Positions 1 through 10,463 of a stretch of DNA of 64,000 nt are shown piece by piece (the first letter of the stretch is position 1; each line of letters begins with the position of its first letter). The notes beneath the pieces were generated by a model. That model did not search any database and was not told the origin of the DNA. It was given only the letters and a program-made list of their open reading frames with translations. Source of the DNA: Styela clava (taxonomy: Eukaryota). Location: positions 8,866,001 through 8,930,000 of the forward strand of contig NC_135254.1 in the NCBI RefSeq assembly GCF_964204865.1, in the 5' to 3' direction. The position numbers were made by a program, and so were the translations under genes.

Positions 1-49
1 TAGTCAACAAAAGCAGGAAACGAGCTAATATTTATTCAAATGTTTTTAG

Positions 50-852
50 GAATATATTCGTTTCGGAAATATTTAGGACAATATATACCGAAAGATTTAA
101 AAAAGGAAATGGGGGAGGAAACAAAATATATAGGTTTCTGGATTGCTGAAAGGCGAGAGAAACGAGATTGAAAAATAGTTGGATGTATAACACCTTATCA
201 ATTACCTGATTCGGTGTTGTCATACTTTCCGGATTGCAAGTCTCCTTCTGTATCAAAATGGCGCACAACCTGAACATGGTATGTGTAACAGGTTAGGGTT
301 CAGGCTTGGTGCACTTACTTCGGGAGCGCCATATAGTCAATTATCGGTTATCAGCTATTGCATAACTTTTAAAACATTTTAAAACATGGTCTACTATGTT
401 ACAAATAATAAAATGCGAAAGAGTGTAAGTATAGTGAAACTAAGTCAAATATCCCAAGCATACAAAATTTATGTTGTACTTGTGCGACTTGGCATTAATT
501 TTCCTGACTTTCTAATTGCACTTTGAGCAAGTATTTCAGCGATTTTGTTATTAAATTAACTTCACTACACAAAGTGAATTCTAATTTTTCCCTTTTCGGA
601 AATGTACGTTTCGAATCAAGACGCCGTGGGATTGGTTATAAACTAATGTTGCATGCAATCAATCAAGCTTCTGATATTGGATACAAAGAAATATTTATTG
701 CTATCAACGACGTAAGAGTTGAAGCCAATAATCTCTACGAAAAGCAACGTTTTAAAATTGTAGTTGGAAAGCCGTGGCCTAATTTGTTTAGAATTCCAAA
801 ATTCACTTCTATCATGATGAAAAAGGTTTTTGCTAAAAATCGACACGTTTAA
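50..852 (+). pseudogene. NAT8/camello-like GNAT acetyltransferase pseudogene (exon 3 at 50-254, exon 4 at ~600-852)
   Basis: Exon 3 reads GIYSFRKYLGQYIPKDLKKEMGEETKYIGFWIAERREKRD*, with TGA at 169-171 where intact paralogs have TGG. It is cut by a MITE at ~255. Exon 4 (..RRRGIGYKLMLHAINQA..) has its acceptor mutated to cgg and a frameshifting deletion. Homologous to 10464-12399. Confidence 0.85.
255..330. mobile_element. Short hairpin MITE-like element (same family as 54901-55014)
   Basis: atggcgcacaacctgaac...gttagggttcaggcttggtgcacttactt matches the palindromic element at 54.9 kb and interrupts the NAT8 pseudo-exon. Confidence 0.6.
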
Positions 853-1412
853 TAGCACAAATTGACCTGAAAAACAGAACCCTGGTCGTTGAAACATTTT
901 CTAACTTTGGTGTAAAGCGTCAATTGTGAGAGGTACCTGTTTTGGGCAAATCATATAAGTCCACGAAATCCAACATTCTTGCTGTTGCTGCTGTGCAAAC
1001 CCGGTATTTCGAAATAAACAACAAACTAGCAAAAATCAATAACCCATGTCCAAGCAGCTTACGGGGATTTAATTTTGCCAACGACTGGTTAATCCATTGA
1101 TATTTTAAACGGAAATTTATATCCTTGAAAACCATAGTCGTAATTTCAGCCGGCTCAAATGGGACGTATGGAACATTTCGGTGGTCGGATCAGGCACGCG
1201 GGTCGTTATTTGCCCAACCCTGGGGTAGAGAGTTATTCGATGAGGTTCGAGTATGAAAGCCTAATGGGAGTGTTGAGACAATGGGTTCAGTATATGTTTG
1301 AAAATATCTTGACTTTGAGTAACAGCAGCCTGAGCAGCTTATACAACAAGTTATCGGAAACAGATTCAAGACAATCGTTTTTTTTTAATTATTTTTTATT
1401 TTTCATAAAACT

Positions 1413-1804
1413 TCAATTTACTTGCTTTTCTCCAAAATTCTCGGAGCTTGGTCGTTGATTGTCTAAAATAAAATAAAAAGTTTTGAAATTTTTCTGGATC
1501 AACGTTCGTTCCACATCATAAGCGTATGTGTATATGTTATATATAATAATTAAACAAAATACAAAAAGTGCAATGCTATAAATTCTGAAGTTGATATTGT
1601 TGAAGTTGGTAATAAAATGAACACAATTATGTAAATTAAGAAATATAAAATATTTTCAAATATATTTAAAAAAACAAAAATTTCACAAGTCCAATACGTA
1701 CCGCCTGGTGCACCAGGTAGATCAATCGCATTGACTTGCATAAAGAATTTACACATAATGAACAGAAGTCCAATCATATGAAAAAAGAAAGTTGTGTTTT
1801 TCAC
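1413..1804 (-). pseudogene. Small secreted peptide gene family member P1 (exon 1 1804-1702, exon 2 1462-1422); start mutated to GTG, 3' end rearranged
   Basis: (V)KNTTFFFHMIGLLFIMCKFFMQVNA-IDLPGAPG|gtacgt...ttttag|DNQRPSSENFGEKQ. Context gttcaacaGTG versus gttcaacaATG in intact P4. Same phase-1 intron. An in-frame ATG at 1777 could rescue it. Confidence 0.65.
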
Positions 1805-2465
1805 TGTTGAACTTTTATCAATTGTAAAAATTGACTTTTTCTGAAAAAAAAAAGTTATTTCAAGAAAAAAATACAGAATGAAGAAATCATTAGTACTGAC
1901 AGTTTGTCACCCCTAATTGTAATAAATCCGTCTCAGTAACATATCTAGCAACGGCTCCATCCATTCAATATTTCGAAGTTTCACTCTCCAATTCATTCTA
2001 TTCATTACTCAATTACGCAGTATTTTCAAGTTGAAAATTATTGGAAACTATTGTTATATACATCAGATTTATCAGTATAGATAAGAGCAAACTTTCTGTT
2101 TTTCAAAATTCTGAGTAACAGCATGCTCAGTCTGTTTAGGTATTTTGCCAATAAAAGGTTTTAGCATTGGTCTTGAAAAAACATTTCGAACATTTTACAA
2201 ATTTTGGTCTAGTAAAGACAAGACTTTTATCGTAATATATTTTATTCTGGATAACAAATACAATGTTGATATCTCACCTAAAGTTTCTGGTATTCGTAGA
2301 AATGCAGGCGGCAAGTTCCGAAAATCTAGGCGAATGATAGAAATAATCCTATATTCCAGCATTATATATAGTTTGAAGGTTTAGATAACTTATTTAATGT
2401 AGTAAAATCTCCTCGCATTTTGAAGTAGTCAATCACATAAAGCTGTTGAAGGGTAGGAAATTGAA

Positions 2466-2950
2466 CAGTATTTCCAGTTATAATTTCAAATTTTTCTTAT
2501 CGCATACTAATTTCTTTCGAAATAAAAACATGCTATCGGATCACGCTTTCGTATGAAATTTTGTTTTCGTTTTGTTTCTTCCATCTGTCAATGTCAAATC
2601 AAATTGCAGGCGAAATTAAGTATGGAATGTACATGAATGTTAAAAATTCAACATAAAATCATCTATGAATTTAGTGCGGTTGGGCAAGATACAATAAGAC
2701 TCACAACTAGGACCTAATTTAAATATGTTATGTCATTTCGTGCATGAGCCATAAATGGCTTAATTTTGAGTTTTCTATATTCGTGTTCATCCCACACTTA
2801 ATTTCGGCTAAACGTTGATTTGAATTTGACAGGTGGAGAAAACAAAACAAATCTGAATGTCAGTTAAAAACGTGATCAACAAGACTGCTTTAAAACGAAA
2901 ATATTATCGAATGCAAAGGAAAAATATGAGAATACAACCTGAATTACTGC
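2466..2950. repeat. Old imperfect inverted repeat (~190-bp arms, ~100-bp spacer)
   Basis: 2466-2655 aligns by eye to the reverse complement of 2760-2950 (e.g. ccatctgtcaatgtcaaatcaa..gcgaaattaagtatgg versus ccacctgtcaaattcaaatcaa..ccgaaattaagtgtgg). Confidence 0.7.
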
Positions 2951-3529
2951 TCAGTATTTTTTCGGTTTCGCAAATGCTATAAAACCGAACAAAAACAGAA
3001 CGTACAATAAATATAAAGTAAAACATGTGATCTTAGAATTCGTAATTTTGACACTTCTTCCAAAAGTTGATGAATTTTCTTTTCTTTGACTATATAACAG
3101 TATTGCAATTAATCAAACCTAAACTATTCACATCCGCTTCTTGAAAGTACGCATATACTTATATGCATAAAAAAATGAAACTAACCTTACCGCAATCACA
3201 GAGGAAATTATAATTTGTACTTTCCGTTTTCCAATCAATATCGATTGCCAGACTGATAACAACACAATTTTTTTTAAGATTATTCGTTGAAAATAGCTTA
3301 TCTAAAAGTGAGAAAAAAATTTGTGATTGTACGAATTTGAAGACGACTGCCGTATTAATGGGTGAATATGATATTTCCCGTTAAAGATGAGAAAAGACAT
3401 TGGAAGCAATGCATTACATACAATACAACAATATATTACAAATTATGCAAACATCACACACAAATTTTACAGCATTTCAGTCGTGACATTTCATCACATC
3501 ACGACTGCCAAATATAGCTATCTTGATTC

Positions 3530-4140
3530 GTGCTGCAAAAAAAAATCTAAAATTTATAAGATATTGTTCATTATGGTGATTGCTTTAGTTATATTTTACA
3601 CATGTCAAAATCAATTCGGTTTCTACGTTGCGGTTTTGTCTAACCAAAGGTTCGGAGCTTGTAATGATAAAACAATTTCCAGTCATCGTCATTTATCGAC
3701 TGCGATGAGACTTAACAGAAAAATTAACAATGGCCAGCGCGTTACGGAGGGTCAACTGGTAGTGAATTGCACAGCTCTTCTTCGCTTTTGAAGAAATACA
3801 TTGTGACGTCAATTGAAAAATTATGACATTATGTCAAAATTAATTAACAAATATCTTGTATCTGTATGACCCTCTAGAACGATTCAATGTTTTACTTCAA
3901 CTAGTGTCTGTCAGATTCTTGTACGTAATCACATCCAAGTCTATTTCTAGTTTCACGATTCATCGACACAACGAGAAGATCTGCTTATACAAGTTTTGTA
4001 AAGTGTAGAGAAAAAGCCCAATCTCAAATGTGCATAGAAATCTTTTTTATCTGGGCTGAATTGTTTTAATATCTTAATATAACGTACAGTCAATGCTATT
4101 GAAAACATTCAATATACTGGTATTTCTCAGCAACTAAGTT
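3530..4140 (+). pseudogene. Heavily decayed core-2/I-branching beta-1,6-N-acetylglucosaminyltransferase (GCNT-like, GT14) relic
   Basis: Type II anchor KKKSKIYKILFIMVIALVIFY is followed, in the expected order but across stops and frameshifts, by VNCTALL, FTSTSVCQ, YKFCKV*RKSP, LNCFN and IENIQYTGISQ. These resemble GCNT motifs (INC..L, YCIHVD.KS, SCF.NVF, E.V.YAGISRL) recalled from memory. Confidence 0.45.
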
Positions 4141-5603
4141 TTTTATTGCTTCTATAGGCAATGCATTATGAATATAGGTTCATTACGGAAAAAAATGTCA
4201 ATTATACGCATTTTATTGCAGTTCATGTTTGGCAAGGCATATTGTATTAACAAGTTTTTCTCATCACATGAAACATAATTAAACCTGAATGAAATCCTCG
4301 CGATTTCACTTTGCCTGAACTTTTTATGTTTTACTTTGGTCTATCAGAGTCAAAAGCAACTCCAAGTTACGAACTTACGAATTTTATTTAAATAGGATCG
4401 GCCTGGTTATAAATGGCTAATCTGTGTCATAATTTGGAATTATGGCCAAATTAAATGTATTTTGGCGGGTCAATAGTATTTCATAGTGGTCTGCATGTGA
4501 ACAAAACCAATTTCAAAACTCAAAATGTTTGAGTTTGAATTATCCATGCTTGATTCGAGTGTTCTTAATTACGATGAAGTCATCATATTTTTTTATGTAT
4601 AATTTTTATTTTGCAACAAGGTCAATTTTATTGGTATGAGTATTTTAAACCCTAAAAATTAACAAATAATCTGTTGTTAGTTGAAAACGAAGTATTTTGA
4701 ACGCGCGAGCAACGTCCTCCGGCTCATAATAAACAAACGAAGATACCAGACAGCGCGCGATCAAATGCTCTTCGATAAAACGAATATCACTTCACTTACA
4801 AATCCCACTATTGTTTTATTTTGAAGGTGACGTAAAGCTCTTCTGAAAGAGAACTTTTTCTCTCGCATATCAATCACGTGTCGATCACAGCGTTAAAAGT
4901 GAGGAACTTTTTCTCGAAATTTTTTGAAATTTCTCTCTTCTTACCGGCGTACGGCCGTACACATTTGCGCTACGTCATTCGGGCGCGTTTTTGTGGAAAG
5001 CGACGATAATAAGCTTTTTAAGGACACATTAATGATGTTTTTGGCATTTTTGGCATTTGGTGAAATATTAAAAAAATTATGGAGGGGTGTCAAAATGACC
5101 CAGGAACACCCGGGGTTAATTTACATTCAAAAAGATATCCAATCCAATCCAAAGACATACGATCCAATGACTTGCTGATGTAGATGTATTTCCCCCATTT
5201 TTTTCGTTGGGTTTGTTTATTGCTTGTATGTAATATGCCGAAAGAAATGAATATTTGATTTGCTAAATACTGAAGAATTGTTTATTGTTACATATTGGCG
5301 ATGCTTTTTTTTATAAATTCAATGGTTCCAATATATTAATTGGAATATAAGAAAAATGGTCAGCCTCTACTAGTATCTCATCTTTTTCAACACCGTTGAA
5401 TTATAATTAGAAAAGCAACAGTCATATTAGGAGTGAAGAATAATTGTGTAATACGTAAAACTTCAATTCTGCAAACAATTCGATCTATTAATTCGATTCT
5501 TAGTTCTAATTACAGGTGAGCGAACCCAGATGTTGAAACGTTGATTTAACCCGTTGACATCACAGTTAGTACATTTTACTTCCCAAATTCATCACCTGCT
5601 CAC

Positions 5604-6011
5604 CCGGGGTGGTATAATTATGAGCAGGTAGAGCCGAAAAAGAACAAAAGTGTACTAAAGTCAACTAAAAAAAAAGATTTTTTTTGAAAAGACTCAAAGT
5701 TCGCTTCATAATTAAAGCATATGTAAGAAGAATAAATGAATATAAAAAGTTCAAGAAAAAAAACTTTAACTTGTGAATTGGATACTGCTTCTACAAGATT
5801 TGACACATTGATGTGATTTATGCAGGTAGTTAAAACACATAGCATTATTATCTTCAAATATATTTTAAGAAACAAAAAAAAAGAATATCACGAAATTTCA
5901 TTCGCATTACGTACAGCCTGTTGGTCCATGGCGATCGATCGCAATGACTTGTGTAAAAAACTGAAACATGCTGAACAGAATCGTGAGAAGAATGAAATTT
6001 GTATTTGCCAA
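5604..6011 (-). pseudogene. Small secreted peptide family member P2 (exon 1 6011-5915, exon 2 5633-5604), probable pseudogene
   Basis: (L)ANTNFILLTILFSMFQFFTQVIA-IDRHGPTG|gtacgt, phase 1. Start is TTG and the exon-2 acceptor is cgg. Exon 2 reads SLPAHNYTTP|gtgagc. Confidence 0.6.
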
Positions 6012-7108
6012 TCTTGATATTTGGTTATTGACTGTGAAAATTGGCCTTTTCCTGAACAAAGAATCATTTTTTACGAAAAAATAAATCTTGTTAGAAATAT
6101 ATTGACTGAAGGTTTCTTCGAATATTTGTGAGAACTTCAAGTGGATATTATCATGTACCCTATTAGCTTGCATGGAGATCAATACAAGAAATTTATTTAT
6201 TGAAAAATTTTGGTTCAGTTGCTAGCATTAGGAAACAACTAAAGTGGTTATATATGGAATATTCTTAGTTTTTAGGTTTTTAAACTTCGTGTGTGTTAAA
6301 CAATAAAAGGTTTTAGCATTGGTCTTGAAAAAACATTTGAAACATTTTACAAATTTTCGTCTAGTAAAGACAATTACTTCAATCCTGATATATTTTATCC
6401 TGGATAACAAATACTATGTTCATATCTCACTTAAAGTTTCTGGTATTTGTAGAAATGCAGGCTGCAGATTCCGAAAATCTAGGCGACTTATGAATGATAG
6501 AAATAATATTATATTCCAGCATTATATATAGCTTTGAGATTCAGATAACTCAATTAATGAGGTAAAATACCCTCGCATTTTGAGGTAGTCAATCTCATAA
6601 AGCTGATAAAGGATATGAAATTTAACAGTATTTCCAGTTATAGTTTCAAATTTTTCTAATCGCATTCTTTATCCTTTCGAAATGAAGGTATGTGCTTGGA
6701 TTACACTGATTTGTGCAATTCGTCGCCATTAAGCTGTTTCCGTAACGCGTTGGTTTTCCGGTTTAATTTAGTCGTAAATATCAATCACAAATATAATTGA
6801 TAACGCTGTTGACGCTTTTGAGTTCCTGGAGGCTCCGAGGAGAAGTGAATAGGGTCGAAGTAGAGAGTTTTTTGAGGTTTAAGTTTGAAAGATTAAAAGC
6901 AGGGACTTGACGATGGATTTGAAAAAATAAATCTTAAAGTGTTGAGACAGTGGGTTCAGGATAAGTTTGTAAATATTTGACTTTAAGTAACAACTCGAGC
7001 AGCTTATACAACACGTTATCAGAGACAGATTTAGTACAATCGTTTTTTCTTCAAATTAAATTATATTTTTCAGTAAAATTCAATTTACAAGAAAAAGAAA
7101 AACTAACA

Positions 7109-7519
7109 ATGGCAAATAAAAATCTCTTTCTTCTTATGACTGGATTTCTGTTTGTTATATTTCTAATCATCATGCAAGACAATGCGCAAAGAAAAACCGC
7201 CTGCTGCAGGCAGTACGTAGTGGATGTTGGACTTTGTCAAATGCTGTGTGTATATTCGAATGTTTTCTCTAGATTTAAATGTTTTCTGTTTAAACAATAT
7301 CATTCGTAAGCGCAATATCTTGATAACATTTTGAAAAAATCATACCTTTTCATCTCTTTATACTTTTTTCACTAGTAACACAGGTGCTGGATGTTGTTTA
7401 ATTTATCCAGCGCTTATTATTCAAACAAACGTTGATCACTTTGAAAAAAAATTAAAACTCGTTTTATCTAATTTTAGTTGTTGATAGAGACATTTGAAAT
7501 CTACCGATTTTGGCTAGAA
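7109..7519 (+). pseudogene. Small secreted peptide family member P3 (exon 1 7109-7212, exon 2 7478-7519); frameshifted relative to the family
   Basis: MANKNLFLLMTGFLFVIFLIIMQDNA-QRKTACCR|gtacgt. Removing one A from the A5 run restores QRKPPAAG and the family phase-1 intron. As it stands, the spliced product ends QRKTACCRHC*. Confidence 0.6.
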
Positions 7520-8216
7520 GTAAGTATATGAAAAGTTTGTTATTTATTACGTTCAAACAATTGATTCTTATCATTTTATTCACAGTACCTTGATGATATA
7601 GCCTGAAACGTCATAGTTAGGCATTATTCACCCATATTATTACTACATAGGTGATCTGGAGAAAATGGGTTTTGAAACCGAGATGTCTTACCTTCCACGC
7701 CAAGATTGCAAAGATAAATGCTTTAATTGATATGACATCCGTTCAGCTTCTCTCAGAGGTGCTGCTTGTATTGATTGTCATCCATTACCTTTCAACCGTT
7801 TCCAGAGCGGACTTTTTCCGGTTTAAATCTTCAAGTTTCATTGCAGTCGATAAATCAAACGACCGGAAAGATCTCCTGCAGATCTTGTATTTTTCAATCC
7901 TTATATATGTAAAGGTAGTGAATTCACTGAGATATAGGTTCGAAAGCTGAATGAGAGATGCGGTAATGAATTCGAAAGTCTGGAAGACAAGTCAAATTTT
8001 ATTTTTCCAACCTGAACCTCGATGCTATCGATAATAAGGTTGCCGAGAGTGGAAGTCAGGTTTAAAGGTCAAATAGGAAGAATGCGCTTGTTTTTTCAGA
8101 AGAAGTTGTAATCTCAAAAAACAGATAAATAAAATTGTTAGAGCCTTTTGATGAGCAAATCATATCGTAATGTCGCTGTATAAATTTGGCGATCTAGTTC
8201 AAAATACTTTGATGAA

Positions 8217-8252
8217 GAGCGTCTATGGCCTAGCGGTGAAAGGGCGAGACTT
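8217..8252 (+). mobile_element. Possible truncated tRNA-derived SINE head (copy at ~21161-21196)
   Basis: gagcgtctaTGGCCTAGCGGtgaaagggcgagact has an A-box-like motif. No B-box or complete cloverleaf follows. Confidence 0.35.
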
Positions 8253-8264
8253 ATTCGCAGATTG

Positions 8265-8475
8265 AATTGATGTTGCATGCAATCAATCAAGCTTCAAATA
8301 TGGGATTCAAAAAAATATATTTTGATACCAGCGACGTAAGAGTTGAAAAAATTATTCTCTACAAATAGCACGGTTTCAAAATTGTTGTTGAAAAGCCGTA
8401 GCCTAATTTGTTTAAGATCTCAAAGGTCAGCTATATCCTAATGAAAAGGTTTTTGCTAAAAATCGACACGTATAA
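8265..8475 (+). pseudogene. NAT8-like exon-4 pseudogene fragment
   Basis: ELMLHAINQASNMGFKKIYFDTSDVRVEKIILYK*HGFKIVVEKP*PNLF.. has two in-frame stops and a frameshift. Upstream exons are absent. Confidence 0.85.
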
Positions 8476-8985
8476 TGGCACAAGTGATGACATCGCAGAT
8501 TAAAAATTTCGGGCTCAAATCCCTCCTCCTCCACCCCACCCAGAGTATAATAAATTGGGTAAGTAATGCCGACCTGGAAAAATTCCGGTTCTTGTGAATA
8601 AATAGTAGATTCCTTACACATCCTTAGATATTAGTGGATCCTTGTACAGGGCTTTGTTTGGATCGAAAATCACATATGGTATACAATGCCTCCATGGCGA
8701 CTCTGACTGACTTTGGGACTTTACTAATGTTTCAGATTCCCTGCTATCCACTGGATAGTATCCAGCCATTTGGGCAAAAAATAATTGTATAATTTTGTAA
8801 AATTAACTTCGCCTATTACTTGAGAACATGCAAATAACATCATTTATTGCAACGAAAATTTTATAGATAGATACACAGACATTTGTGGTAACTTGCAGTT
8901 ATAATATTTGTTTAATAAACTGATGTTTTTGTTATAAATTTAAATTTAAGAGAAACTTTACATAAAATCAATAGTTTGTTCAACA

Positions 8986-9447
8986 ATGGCTAGTACTTAT
9001 CACCTGTATGCTGTGATTGCACTGATGCTTTTTACATTTATCTTCTTTGTGCAAGTTGACGCGAAACTTACAAGACTACCCAAACAAAGCTGTAAGGAAC
9101 CATGTATTATATTGTCTGTTGAACATATATATTTATTCTAATACATACTTTTAGAATTCCTAAAAAAATTGTTTAATTACGTAAATACATATGTCTGTTC
9201 AAACTACGTGCTGTAAATGCTTGTGAATAATTTTATTGTTTATTCCTAATATTCTGAAGCTTTTATAAAATCTCCAACATCATATATATACGACTGACTA
9301 GCGTTTAATTTCTCTATTTTGCGGATTCACTCATAACACGGAAAAATTACTGATACCATTTTCATTGACGATTAAACTTTAACACATGTTTTTATTTTAG
9401 TATCTGATTCAGATAATTGGCTCAGCTCCGACTCAATTCACGGATAG
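8986..9447 (+). CDS. Small secreted peptide precursor P4, 50 aa (exon 1 8986-9091, exon 2 9401-9446, 3' exon from 9592)
   Basis: MASTYHLYAVIALMLFTFIFFVQVDA|KLTRLPKQSLSDSDNWLSSDSIHG*. It has a hydrophobic signal peptide with a V-D-A cleavage motif, canonical gtaagg/ttttag and gtacgt/tttcag splice sites, an upstream TATAAA (~8934) and AATAAA at 9636. Not in the ORF track. Confidence 0.72.
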
Positions 9448-10463
9448 TACGTATTTTTTGTTTTGTATTTTTCAGTGTTTACATATTTAGTTGATACAAT
9501 AAAAATAGCATTAGTATATACATAATGAAACTATAAAACTTTTTTTATCACAATTATTTGTCACCAGTAACATAAAGATTTTTAATTTCAGGTAAACCTC
9601 GATTTTCTTCATGTTTTATCTTCATTCATCGTGCTAATAAAATTAAGTTAATAAATTAGCAGAATATTCTATATGAGATATAATTTGCATTGTCATTATA
9701 ATTGCAAACATGAACTATATTTAGACAATTTTGTAAAATGCGTTGCAAATAAACTTTCATTCTTACAATATTACAGGGCGGAATAAATCTATTTTGAATA
9801 TTTAACTTCATCCTGGCTTCAGATTATTGTTTGAAAGCAAATATATACAATTAATGTGAACGTTTCTTGCTTTTTTATTGTTATTCTAGTAGTATGCGGA
9901 CAAAAAACGCGATAATACTGAATATTTCCTCCATTACCGGAAATCCCATAATATGACGCTGACAAAAAATTTTCAAAATTTAATAAACATATTTTCAATT
10001 AACATACTAGTTTCAAAAAATCAGATAACACAAACCTATTTGAGCGTGACAGCTGCTTAAAAGTTGTCATACCAAAAATAAGCAATACATAATATCAATA
10101 TGAAAAAGAAAAGATTTAGTTACAATGGGCACTACATGCATTGACACTCATAACATATAAATTGTCTACATACTATATTGGTCAACTACAACAGTTTAAT
10201 TAATAAGATTACAGTTTTGATTTCACTAATATGATTTCATATCCTACTCGCAAATTGAAATTTGATATAGAACATTTCGGTATTGTTAAATTCGTTTTCA
10301 CCAATTATACAACAAAAAACAGAAAGCAATAATTTTTTAATTACTTTGACAAAAATAAATAAGATTTATTCAATGCTTGCATTTCTGTTTGTAAATGATT
10401 TTACCCCAATTTAATTTAGGACGCTTTGCTTGTTTTTTGGGTCACCTTGTACTATTAAACCTG

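Noticed and set aside
523-852. 109-aa ORF as a functional acetyltransferase
   Set aside because: Its first part is intron sequence and the rest is exon 4 of a pseudogene whose upstream exon has a stop codon.
4650-5119. piggyBac-like element (ends ..cacccggggTTAA)
   Set aside because: Only one candidate terminus was found, with no matching left TIR.
5576-5600. Alternative P2 ending ..GDEFGK* suggesting an F-amide neuropeptide
   Set aside because: It is out of frame, lies after a good gtgag donor and is not conserved in copy B.
7640-8215. 99-aa ORF (7651-7950) or retroelement remnant
   Set aside because: No recognisable motif. Its conservation in copy B is explained by the near-identical duplication tract.
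8630-8760. LINE reverse-transcriptase fragment (LYRALFGSKITYG resembles LYRALIRSKLDYG)
   Set aside because: A single short motif is not enough without a search.
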